From Neoechinorhynchus agilis (lineage: Eukaryota; Animalia; Acanthocephala): a stretch of DNA of 64,000 nt. Below the pieces are notes generated by a model. The model worked only from the letters and a program-made list of their open reading frames with translations, searched no databases and was not told the origin of the DNA. A program made the translations under genes and the position numbers. Shown here one piece after another: positions 1-10,359 of this stretch; position 1 is the first letter of the stretch; the number at the start of each line of letters is the position of its first letter. Where the stretch lies: positions 2,469,561-2,533,560 of the forward strand of contig CM121341.1 of the NCBI GenBank assembly GCA_051530055.1, written 5' to 3'.

Positions 1-1
1 C

Positions 2-649
2 TTGAGGTGCAGCACCATCTTTATTCAGGAGTCCAAGTCTGTCTATAATGTTCATGACCTACCTCAATGTCTCAGCTCACTGACCGAACAATTTGTCATA
101 TTTTGTACCCCTCCTCATTCGCCGAATTCCCAAGGTCTACTGTCTTTTTTCCGGCCTTCTCTCGGTCCCACACAGATTACATCGTATTCCTCCGATGATC
201 TGTCCTATTCAATTTTTTCAGTTTGTTTTAATGGCTCTAAACTTTTATTAGCAAATATCTATGTCCGGCCTCATAAGATACATCTCCCTTGTAATAAGTC
301 CATACTGAAGAACATCTTAGGGTCCGGTATTGACTATTGTTTTGGCGATTTCAATGATCCTTCGCATAGATGGATCAATTCTATTATTCGTTCTGGAAAG
401 TCCCACAACATTATTATGCCCGATTATCCTACTTTTACTGACGGATCTTCATCCTCTTACTTGGATCTATGCATATACCGCAAAACTGGTTTTTACAAAC
501 CTATTTTAACTTCTCAATCTTCTCCCTTTCGGGTCGCTGGACACGACTTGTTAGTTTGGGAGCTCGACAAGAACGTTCTTTTATCGCGAAAGTTCAAATT
601 GGGATGGTTGAATGTCAGTCTCTTCAATGCTGTTACCCGACATTCGTGA
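2..649 (+). mobile_element. APE (apurinic/apyrimidinic-like) endonuclease domain of a non-LTR retrotransposon ORF2; its 5' end runs off the window
   Basis: Ordered EEP-family motifs: IFIQES (catalytic E), LLLANIYVRP, CFGDFND, PTF...SYLDLCI and GHDLLVW (SDH-like), followed by a LINE-type linker RKFKLGWLN. Stop at 647-649. Confidence 0.85.
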
Positions 650-752
650 TTCTCCAAATCCTACAGCTTAAATGAATCACAAGACCGGTCAGAGTAAGAG
701 GAATTTTCAATCGATGCTGCTAGCACGTTACCCTTAACTCTGTAACGATGAG

Positions 753-1154
753 GTGCCTCCTAGTGTCTTAGAAAGTGTACGTAATAGTCGAGTTGGAGCA
801 CACATCGTTAAGGCGACGCCTACAGCAGAGACCACTGCTGCGCACGAGCCGACCGTATCCTCAAATCGACAACCGAAAGTTCGTTTCGCTGAATGTGTAG
901 ATGTTTGTGTGTCCGACACAGAAATTGTCGCTGTTGAGAAGGCGATTTCCGAATCATATCAGACTTCTATCGCCGAGTGTGCGACTTCACAGGCCGAGTT
1001 GCCACCATCTCCCGGAGATCCTAAAAACTGGTGCATTCTCGGACTGTGTCCATTTGCTACCACTGACCAAAGAACTTTAATTGAATCGATCTTGGCAATA
1101 ATCTCTAGGTATCCAAAGAAAATCTATGATGTTTACAGTCTTGTAAGAAAGTAG
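753..1154 (+). pseudogene. Orphan 133-aa ORF, possibly a degraded N-terminal part of viral ORF1
   Basis: Same strand and frame as the 1266-aa ORF. Coding-like sequence continues past the TAG with a probable frameshift near 1225. No recognisable motif. Confidence 0.35.
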
Positions 1155-1472
1155 GTTTTGAGATTTCATCTCCAGCGTTTGGCTCCCCTCAATCGTATTC
1201 CGACTTCTTTGGGAGAGTTGCTTCACGATGTTCGCCGACCTTAGAGACTCTAAACCACTATCTGCTTTCAGCTACTGATTACTATGACTTGTATGGAATG
1301 CTTTCTACAAAAACATGTCGTAATTGCAAATGTAGTATCATTCCACAAGATGTGACGGAAACGGCCGTTTACACTTGGCCGCATTATCTTCGGATCTTCC
1401 TACATTTCTCTTCAAACGATGAGCTGTCCTCGAGAGACCTTTAGCGGCGTCACGGAAGGAAGACGAAGTTTC

Positions 1473-1772
<300 letters not shown>

Positions 1773-1967
1773 TCCGCGTGTCACGACGCTGCGCTGGGCC
1801 TGATGTCGAGCAACCGAGTTGAACCTCGGTATGATGACTGCGTGTTGCTGGCAACTGGACCTGGTTAGGACGCTGACCAGGTCGGTCTCGTCGGGGTCAC
1901 CAATTTAGCGGCGCCACGTGGTACGGACGAAGTATTATTATATTATTATTATATCTACATTGGTCAA

Positions 1968-4900
1968 ATGCTTGTTGTCCTTCATTCGGCGAAAGGAAAC
2001 TTCTTCCGGCTGTCCGTCATTCACGTGAAAGAAGTCGCAGCCACAGACCTATTCGAAGTCCCACAAGACGGACACACGGTAAGGATTAAGAGAAGCTCAT
2101 CTAACTTTATCCTCCTACAGTGCTTGGTAGTAGCCCAACTGTTCAAGCTAAAACAACTTTCTAAGGTCGAGCTTTCTGCAGGGGGCCTAGTTACAGCATT
2201 AGGCGTGTCTATGGATACATATGACGCTTTGACTACGAAAGAGGCGAGAATAGATCTGATCATCCGGACCCTTTTAAAGCGGGCTCAATCCGCCATGATT
2301 TCTAGAATGCTCGACGTTATCGAATCTGTTGCAGGACCTAAATTAGTCACTCCCGTTGCGAAACAAGTGGAAGACAAAGATTCATCTTTATCATCAGTCA
2401 CTCGATCTATCTTATGGAAAACCCCGAGCCGGCTCTCTGAAGTTCAAGGAGAATTGTCGCGAACGGTCTACACAGATTTATTAGGTAATGACAATTCTGC
2501 GAATGCACGAGCTAGATTTCGAGATAGAGCTGTTAAAATCCTTGATGACAGAAAGGCCCATTTTGTTGGTCTTAAGAAGAAACCTCGAGACACCGTGTTG
2601 AATCGAGCCTTAGAAGATTTGCGGGTTGCTCAAAATGGTATTGATGGCAGTCTGGCTATAATAGACGGGGTTATGGAGGAGATCCAAGCTACCGCTAATC
2701 TCGATGATCTTCCCATAATGAACGTCTATCGTGATGACCTAGACCTTGAATCGCTCGTGAATTGCCCGGTTGACCTCGGAACTGCGTTTATGGCCTATAT
2801 GTCCAGGGCCAAAGCTACTGTTGGGCAAGCAGAGATGGTGAGAGTTGTCAAGAAAGGGCGCTATAATAATGTCACATCTTTCGTTCCTACCGATAAGACC
2901 GGGTCTTTTACCCGTGATATGGAATCCGCTATCCGCAATATCAAATACAACGATGCTTTCGTCGGTCCGACCACTATAAACGAGAAATCGTCAGACATCG
3001 ATCATAAAATTCGTAATGATGTTAGGGTGCGAGCGCATTATTTACTGAATAAGATCGGAGTGTCCAAAAAAAGGTTGATGGGACTGTGTTACGCTCATCG
3101 TTCAAACTTACCTCTAACTTCTCGCAATCAGAATCTTTGTGCAGCTTTCTGTAGAGAGCTTGAACTATTGGATGGTCAAGGGAAGCTACTAGAAAAGGCC
3201 GAGTGGCGCGTATCTAGAAGGTTGGCTCTCCTTTCCTTTCTCCGGAACAGACACTTCAGACGATTCTGTTCTTCAAGCTGGATTTCGGCGGACGCTGTCC
3301 GTACCTTAGTAAGAAACGGTGTGAGCTCGTTTGTGAGTTCTTATATCTCCATCGTTCTGGCTGGGAGTGACGGTTATGCTGAACGCCTTTCCGAGGAGTG
3401 GAATGGTCTTATGCATGCTATTAACGGCAACCCGATGTCTGTACCCTACATTCCTACAGGGTATCAAATGACCGTTGAGCATGTCCACTATACTAATACC
3501 ACTCTTAAGATGACGACTGTCTTGGCTGGGAACTATTCCCTCTTCCGAACTCTGCCACTCGCTAGAGTGATTATCTTGACATCTGGACTTCCGGTTATCT
3601 TACATGATTATGGGTTACAGCGTATGGAAAATGGCGATTTTCTCACCGAGGATATGCGGACGATGGCTGCTGCTGCAAAGTGTGCCTTTTTTGGTGATGG
3701 TGAGACCAAAGATATTCAATATTATGCCGGAACCACAGTCAATCTCGCCGATATGCATGCACCCCTCTGGCTGGCTGGCGGCTTTTCTTATTGCACCTCT
3801 GGTGTCATCGGCCCCGGAGCTAATGATGATTGGCGTCAGATCTCCATCTCTGTGCGTCCTGGAACCGATTCACGACCGGAATCCCTACATATCTTTGCAG
3901 GAGAGCGCCCAGCAGCGCCAGTTGTTATCAAAACCAAGACATGTTGGGATCGAGTCTTTCACTTTATTCTCTCTGATGATATAGGCGTCAATTTTCGGAT
4001 GGACTTTACTCGGGTCCTAAATACAGTAAGTCATCTAAGTCCTATGCTTGGGATCCGTACGTTGTGTGGTTCAGTCTCGTTAGACCACTATAGGGATGGC
4101 TCTCCAGCAACATTTGCCAGGCTTAGAGCGTTGCTCTCTTTCGATAAGAATCCAGAAGTCACTAGCCCCCCACCAAATGGCGAGACGAATTTGATGGGCA
4201 CGATTAGGCGGATGTGGTCGTCACAGCCTTTCGAAGTGATATGGATCCGCATGTCAGTAGTTGAATATCTGAATTCTATTGCAGTCAACAATATCTCGTG
4301 GTTGGAAGGGGACAATATGCACAATTGGGCATACGACGGGAGAGTTTTGGCACTCGTGGAGCAGTATTTTCCTATTCCGCATGAGCAGCTGTTCCGTTTG
4401 GTAGCCACCGTCTGGAATCCCACACTCATTGACGAGATTTATATGAATGATTCCGGTGGAAGTTTCAACCACTTCGTCTTAATGGACTCTTTCGCTAAAA
4501 CACCTGATAAGGAATTCATGGTTATTACCGTCACTCTCGAGGAGATAGCTGTTCAGGTGCGACGTTTCACCTACGACCATTCAAACGGTATGGGCGGCTT
4601 TCCTTATGACGGAATGGGTTTATCTATTCTTAACGGCTCTCCCACGAATGAGTCTTTCGACCAGATCCCTCTCCAGGAAGAGCTTTTATCTTATATGGCG
4701 TTATCCGGTAACACATTACATCATCAGGTGATGGGTAGGTTAAATGTGCCCTACTCGTCCGGCGTTCGCCTGTTCTGGCATTATGACCCAGGCTTCTATT
4801 TCTATCCTCTTGTTCAACTTGGAATGCTTAGGGTTGAAGATCTTCCTGCTGCCCGTGATAGATGCGGGCCTCAGGATGAGTTAATTTATTACTCTCCTCC

Positions 4901-5768
4901 GAATGTCCTGCCAAGACTAAGATGTTTCCTTCATAAACTCAGCGTGAGGCTCGATACAATGCAAGTTTCTGTTAAAACTGCCACGCCGGAAGCCTCGTGG
5001 GTTCTAGGCACGGTTAGTGATACCGCATTTAAAAATACCAGAACTATTATTGGCGCCATCAGTGCATTTATGGGACCTCCGTTAGCATATGCTTTTGCTG
5101 TCTGGGCAGATGATCCTGCCGTTACTATTTCTAACGAGAGGACCACTTTACACTGGTGTTTGGTATCGAAACACATTGGAATTTCTATCGGCTCTGGAAT
5201 TACTACATATTCTGAAAGTTATGGGAGGGTTTCTTTGGGCGTGCCTTATATGCAGGCTGCTCAGACTACGAACGACGAACTCAGTACAAAATTCTTCTTC
5301 AATAATGCTGTCTGGTCCATTGTAGTCACGGACTCTTTAAAGTTGTTTAGGGTCGGGCCGATCACCCCTCTTACACGAGAAATGATGCCTTTGATCACTT
5401 TGAAAGGCTTCGTCGCGGGTGTTCGTTCGGATATCACACTTCCAGGCGTTCTACTCCCGAGGTCGTGTAGAGGTCAGTTCGATGTCATAACAATCGACTC
5501 TTTGTTCGCTATGCACATTAAGCTTAACCCTTATGTTCGCCTGTTATTTACCCTTGCTAACAACGCCAGCTGCGAAACGCGTTACGATAAGGGTACGTTT
5601 GACGTCAAAAGAGAAGAGAAATATGCTGACCCTTTTGGTATAGCGAGATGTTTCGAGGGGGACTCTCCGCTAGCACCCATAGCCCCGGGACGTCGAGTCT
5701 CTACCAAGCGTCAGATTCAAAAGGCTACTTCAGATTTAGTGGATGTGTCTGCAGAGGAGCAGAATTGA
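1968..5768 (+). CDS. Intact 1266-aa ORF1 of the toti-like EVE; putative major capsid/structural polyprotein
   Basis: Uninterrupted 3.8-kb intronless ORF in the ORF1 position, upstream of a slippery site and the RdRp. The capsid call is positional; no fold motif was recognised by eye. Confidence 0.65.
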   Translation: MLVVLHSAKGNFFRLSVIHVKEVAATDLFEVPQDGHTVRIKRSSSNFILLQCLVVAQLFKLKQLSKVELSAGGLVTALGVSMDTYDALTTKEARIDLIIRTLLKRAQSAMISRMLDVIESVAGPKLVTPVAKQVEDKDSSLSSVTRSILWKTPSRLSEVQGELSRTVYTDLLGNDNSANARARFRDRAVKILDDRKAHFVGLKKKPRDTVLNRALEDLRVAQNGIDGSLAIIDGVMEEIQATANLDDLPIMNVYRDDLDLESLVNCPVDLGTAFMAYMSRAKATVGQAEMVRVVKKGRYNNVTSFVPTDKTGSFTRDMESAIRNIKYNDAFVGPTTINEKSSDIDHKIRNDVRVRAHYLLNKIGVSKKRLMGLCYAHRSNLPLTSRNQNLCAAFCRELELLDGQGKLLEKAEWRVSRRLALLSFLRNRHFRRFCSSSWISADAVRTLVRNGVSSFVSSYISIVLAGSDGYAERLSEEWNGLMHAINGNPMSVPYIPTGYQMTVEHVHYTNTTLKMTTVLAGNYSLFRTLPLARVIILTSGLPVILHDYGLQRMENGDFLTEDMRTMAAAAKCAFFGDGETKDIQYYAGTTVNLADMHAPLWLAGGFSYCTSGVIGPGANDDWRQISISVRPGTDSRPESLHIFAGERPAAPVVIKTKTCWDRVFHFILSDDIGVNFRMDFTRVLNTVSHLSPMLGIRTLCGSVSLDHYRDGSPATFARLRALLSFDKNPEVTSPPPNGETNLMGTIRRMWSSQPFEVIWIRMSVVEYLNSIAVNNISWLEGDNMHNWAYDGRVLALVEQYFPIPHEQLFRLVATVWNPTLIDEIYMNDSGGSFNHFVLMDSFAKTPDKEFMVITVTLEEIAVQVRRFTYDHSNGMGGFPYDGMGLSILNGSPTNESFDQIPLQEELLSYMALSGNTLHHQVMGRLNVPYSSGVRLFWHYDPGFYFYPLVQLGMLRVEDLPAARDRCGPQDELIYYSPPNVLPRLRCFLHKLSVRLDTMQVSVKTATPEASWVLGTVSDTAFKNTRTIIGAISAFMGPPLAYAFAVWADDPAVTISNERTTLHWCLVSKHIGISIGSGITTYSESYGRVSLGVPYMQAAQTTNDELSTKFFFNNAVWSIVVTDSLKLFRVGPITPLTREMMPLITLKGFVAGVRSDITLPGVLLPRSCRGQFDVITIDSLFAMHIKLNPYVRLLFTLANNASCETRYDKGTFDVKREEKYADPFGIARCFEGDSPLAPIAPGRRVSTKRQIQKATSDLVDVSAEEQN
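5630..5686 (+). promoter_or_regulatory. Candidate -1 programmed ribosomal frameshift signal: C CCU UUU heptamer plus downstream stem/pseudoknot
   Basis: CCCTTTT at 5630-5636 is phased X XXY YYZ in ORF1 (GAC CCT TTT). The -1 frame opens right after a TGA at 5627-5629 and runs to 5863. Stem TAGCG-AGA (5641-5648) pairs with TCT-C-CGCTA (5664-5672). Loop GGGG (5657-5661) can pair with CCCC (5683-5686). Confidence 0.65.
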
Positions 5769-5868
5769 GAGCTTCCACTTATCCAAGTGAAAATCTTCAC
5801 GAGAATCTTCGAATGATCACAAGGTTCATGCCAACAGATGTTAAAATTATAATAAATAACTAAAAAAC

Positions 5869-8800
5869 GGTTAGGTCGCACCAACTCTTGTCTAGGCGGC
5901 GGCGATGGTTTAATATGGGACAGGCTAAATCTATTATATGCTTCTGATTTAATCATTAATACGTACTCTAGCCCTGTTAAACATCCCGGTGTCGACATCT
6001 AGCGTGAAATGTTAGTCAGCCGCACTTGGTCCACCTCTGGAGCCGCGAATTCCGGACATTATTCTTCGACAGAGAAAATCCTTCGGGTTAGTCAAAGCGA
6101 AAGAGTGGCTAGGGCGCACCAACTCTTGTCTAGGCGGCGGCGATGGTTTAATATGGGACAGGCTAAATCTATTATATGCTTCTGATTTAATCATTAATAC
6201 GTACTCTAGCCTTGTTAAACATCCCGGTGTCGACATCTAGCGTGAAATGTTAGTCAGCCGCACTTGGTCCACCTCTGGAGCCGCGAATTCCGGACATTAT
6301 TCTTCGACAGAGAAAATCCTTCGGGTTAGTCAAAGCGAAAGAGTGGCTAGGGCGCACCAACTCTTGTCTAGGCGGCGGCGATGGTTTAATATGGGACAGG
6401 CTAAATCTTATTATATGCTCCTGATCTAATCATCAATACGTACTCTAGCCTTGTTAAACATCCCGGTGTCGACATCTAGCATGAAATGTTAGTCAGCCGC
6501 ACTTGGTCCACCTCTGGAGCCGCGAATTCCGGACATTATTCTTCGACAGAGAAAATCCTTCGGGTTAGTCAAAGCGAAAGAGTGGCTAGGGCGCACCAAC
6601 TCTTGTCTAGGCGGCGGCGATGGTTTAATATGGGACAGGCTAAATCTATTATATGCTTCTGATTTAATCATTAATACGTACTCTAGCCTTGTTAAACATC
6701 CCGGTGTCGACATCTAGCATGAAATGTTAGTCAGCCGCACTTGGCCCACCTCTGGAGCCGCGAATTCCGGACATTATTCTTCGACAGAGAAAATCCTTCG
6801 GGTTAGTCAAAGCGAAAGAGTGGCTAGGGCGCACCAACTCTTGTCTAGGCGGCGGCGATGGTTTAATATGGGACAGGCTAAATCTATTACATGCTCCTGA
6901 TCTAATCATTAATACGTACTCGGCCTTGTTAAACATCCCGGTGTCGACATCTAGCGTGAAATGTTAGTCAGCCGCACTTGGTCCACCTCTGGAGCCGCGA
7001 ATTCCGGACATTATTCTTCGACAGAGAAAATCCTTCGGGTTAGTCAAAGCGAAAGAGTGGCTAGGGCGCACCAACTCTTGTCTAGGCGGCGGCGATGGTT
7101 TAATATGGGACAGGCTAAATCTATTATATGCTTCTGATTTAATCATTAATACGTACTCTAGCCTTGTTAAACATCCGGTGTCGACATCTAGCGTGAAATG
7201 TTAGTCAGCCGCACTTGGTCCACCTCTGGAGCCACGAATTCCGGACATTATTCTACGACAGAGAAAATCCTTCGGGTTAGTCAAAGCGAAAGAGTGGCTA
7301 GGGCGCACCAACTCTTGTCTAGGCGGCGGCGATGGTTTAATATGGGACAGGCTAAATCTATTATATGCTCCTGATCTAATCATTAATACGTACTCTAGCC
7401 TTGTTAAACATCCCGGTGTCGACATCTAGCGTGAAATGTTATCAGGCTCTACTTGGTCCACCTCTGGAGCCGCGAATTCCGGACATTATTCTTCGACAGA
7501 GAAAATCCTTCGGGTTAGTCAAAGCGAAAGAGGCCAGGGCGCACCAACTCTTGTCTAGGCGGCGGCGATGGTTTAATATGGGACAGGCTAAATCTATTAT
7601 ATGCTCCTGATCTAATCATCAATACGTACTCTAGCCTTGTTAAACATCCCGGTGTCGACATCTAGCGTGAAATGTTAGTCAGCCGCACTTGGCCCACCTC
7701 TGGAGCCGCGAATTCCGGACATTATTCTTCGACAGAGAAATTCCTTCGGGTTAGTCAAAGCGAAAGAGTGGCTAGGGCGCACCAACTCTTGTCTAGGCGG
7801 CGGCGATGGTTTAATATGGGACAGGCTAAATCTATTATATGCTCCTGATCTAATCATCAATACGTACTCTAGCCTTGTTAAACATCCCGGTGTCGACATC
7901 TAGCGTGAAATGTTAGTCAGCCGCACTTGGTCCACCTCTGGAGCCGCGAATTCCGGACATTATTCTTCGACAGAGAAAATCCTTCGGGTTAGTCAAAGCG
8001 AAAGAGTGGCTAGGGCGCACCAACTCTTGTCTAGGCGGCGGCGATGGTTTAATATGGGACAGGCTAAATCTATTATATGCTTCTGATTTAATCATTAATA
8101 CGTACTCTAGCCTTGTTAAACATCCCGGTGTCGACATCTAGCGTGAAATGTTAGTCAGCCGCACTTGGTCCACCTCTGGAGCAGCGAATTCCGGACATTA
8201 TTCTACGACAGAGAAAATCCTTCGGGTTAGTCAAAGCGAAAGAGTGGCTAGGGCGCACCAACTCTTGTCTAGGCGGCGGCGATGGTTTAATATGGGACAG
8301 GCTAAATCTATTATATGCTCCTGATCTAATCATCAATACGTACTCTAGCCTTGTTAAACATCCCGGTGTCGACATCTAGCGTGAAATGTTAGTCAGCCGC
8401 ACTTGGTCCACCTCTGAGCCGCGAATTCCGGACATTATTCTTCGACAGAGAAAATCCTTCGGGTTAGTCAAAGCGAAAGAGTGGCTAGGGCGCACCAACC
8501 TTTGTCTAGGCGGCGGCGATGGTTTAATATGGGACAGGCTAAATCTATTATATGCTCCTGATCTAATCATCAATACGTACTCTAGCCTTGTTAAACATCC
8601 CGGTGTCGACATCTAGCGTGAAATGTTAGTCAGCCGCAATTTCTTCGCTTTTTGGTCCACACCTCTGGAGCCGCGAATTCAGGACATTATTCTTCGACAA
8701 GAAAATCCTTCGGGTTAGTCAAAGCGAAAGAGTGGCTAGGGCGCACCAACTCTTGTCTAGGCGGCGGCGATGGTTTAATATGGGACAGGCTAAATCTATT

Positions 8801-10359
8801 ATATGCTTCTGATTTAATCATTAATACGTACTCTAGCCTTGTTAGACATCCCGGTGTCGACTAGCGTGAAATGTTAGTCAGCCGCACTTGGTCCGTTCTT
8901 GGAGCCGCGAATTCCGGACATTATTCTTCGATGAGAAAATCCTTCGGGTTAGTCAAAGCGAAAGAGGGCTAGGCGCACCAACTCTTGTCTAGGCGGCGGC
9001 GATGGTTTAATATGGGACAGGCTAAATTCCATGCATGCTCCTGATCTAATCATTAATACGTACTCTAGCCTTGTTAAACATCCCGGTGTCGACATCTAGC
9101 GTGAAATGTTAGTCAGCCGCACTTGGTCCACCTCTGGAGCCGCTAAATTCCGGACATTATTCTTCGACAGAGAAAATCCTTCGGGTTAGTCAAAGCGAAA
9201 GAGTGGCTAGGGCGCACCAACTCTTGTCTAGGCGGCGGCGATGGCTTAATATGGGACAGGCTAAATCTATTATATGCTTCTGATTTAATCATTAATACGT
9301 ACTCTAGCCTTGTTAAACATCCCGGTGTCGACATCTAGCGTGAAATGTTAGTCAGCCGCACTTGGTCCACCTCTGGAGCAGCGAATTCCGGACACATTAT
9401 TCTTCGACAGAGAAAATCCTTCAAGTTAGTCAAAGCGAAAGAGTGGCTAGGGTGCACCAACTCTTATCTAGGCGGCGGCGATGGTGGTTTAATATGGGAC
9501 AGGCTAAATCTATTATATGCTCCTGATCTAATCATTAATACGTACTCTAGCCTTGTTAAACATCCCGGTGTCGACATCTAGCGTGAAATGTTAGTCAGCC
9601 GCACTTGGTCCACCTCTGGAGCCGCGAATTCCGGACATTATTCTTCGACAGAGAAAATCCTTCGGGTTAGTCAAAGCGAAAGAGTGGCTAGGGCGCACCA
9701 ACTCTTGTCTAGGCGGCGGCGATGGTTTAATATGGGACAGGCTAAATCTATTATATGCTCCTGATCTAATCATCAATACGTACTCTAGCCTTGTTAAACA
9801 TCCCGGTGTCGACATCTAGCGTGAAATGTTAGTCAGCCGCACTTGGTCCACCTCTGGAGCCGCGAATTCCGGACATTATTCTTCGACAGAGAAAATCCTT
9901 CGGGTTAGTCAAAGCGAAAGAGTGGCTAGGGCGCACCAACTCTTGTCTAGGCGGCGGCGATGGTTTAATATGGGACAGGCTAAATCTATTATATGCTTCT
10001 GATTTAATCATTAATACGTACTTTAGCCTTGTTAAACATCCCGGTGTCGACATCTAGCGTGAAATGTTAGTCAGCCGCACTTGGTCCACCTCTGAGCCGC
10101 GAATTCCGGACATTATTCTTCGACAGAGAAAATCCTTCGGGTTAGTCAAAGCGAAAGAGTGGCTAGGGCGCACCAACTCTTGTCTAGGCGGCGGCGATGG
10201 TTTAATATGGGACAGGCTAAATCTATTATATGCTTCTGATCTAATCATTAATACGTACTCTAGCCTTGTTAAACATCCCGGTGTCGACATCTAGCGTGAA
10301 ATGTTAGTCAGCCGCACTTGGTCCACCTCTGGAGCCGCGAATTCCGGACATTATTCTTC
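5869..10359 (+). repeat. Tandem array of a 238-bp unit (18 full copies plus one 5'-partial copy) derived from the viral RdRp N-terminal coding region
   Basis: The GTCGAC site occurs 19 times at ~238-bp spacing. One frame reads KEWLGRTNSCLGGGDGLIWDRL...GVDI*REMLVSRTWSTSGAANSGHYSS. The last copy continues in frame into unique RdRp sequence (RSSQLGFKLPKTKSSLSLW). Confidence 0.95.

Noticed and set aside
1845-1868. 2A-like StopGo motif at LLATGPG
   Set aside because: Does not fit D(V/I)ExNPGP.
5717-10290. Repeated minus-strand MSTPGCLTRLEY... ORFs as a peptide gene family
   Set aside because: They are antisense by-products of the repeat; the plus-strand frame carries the viral motifs and joins the unique RdRp.
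5869-10359. CRISPR-like array
   Set aside because: The units are near-identical along their full length, with no unique spacers and no cas genes, in a eukaryotic context.
5869-10359. Retrozyme or hammerhead tandem repeat
   Set aside because: The unit has CTGATTTA/CTGATCTA rather than CTGANGA, and no stem II-GAAA arrangement; the RdRp reading explains it better.
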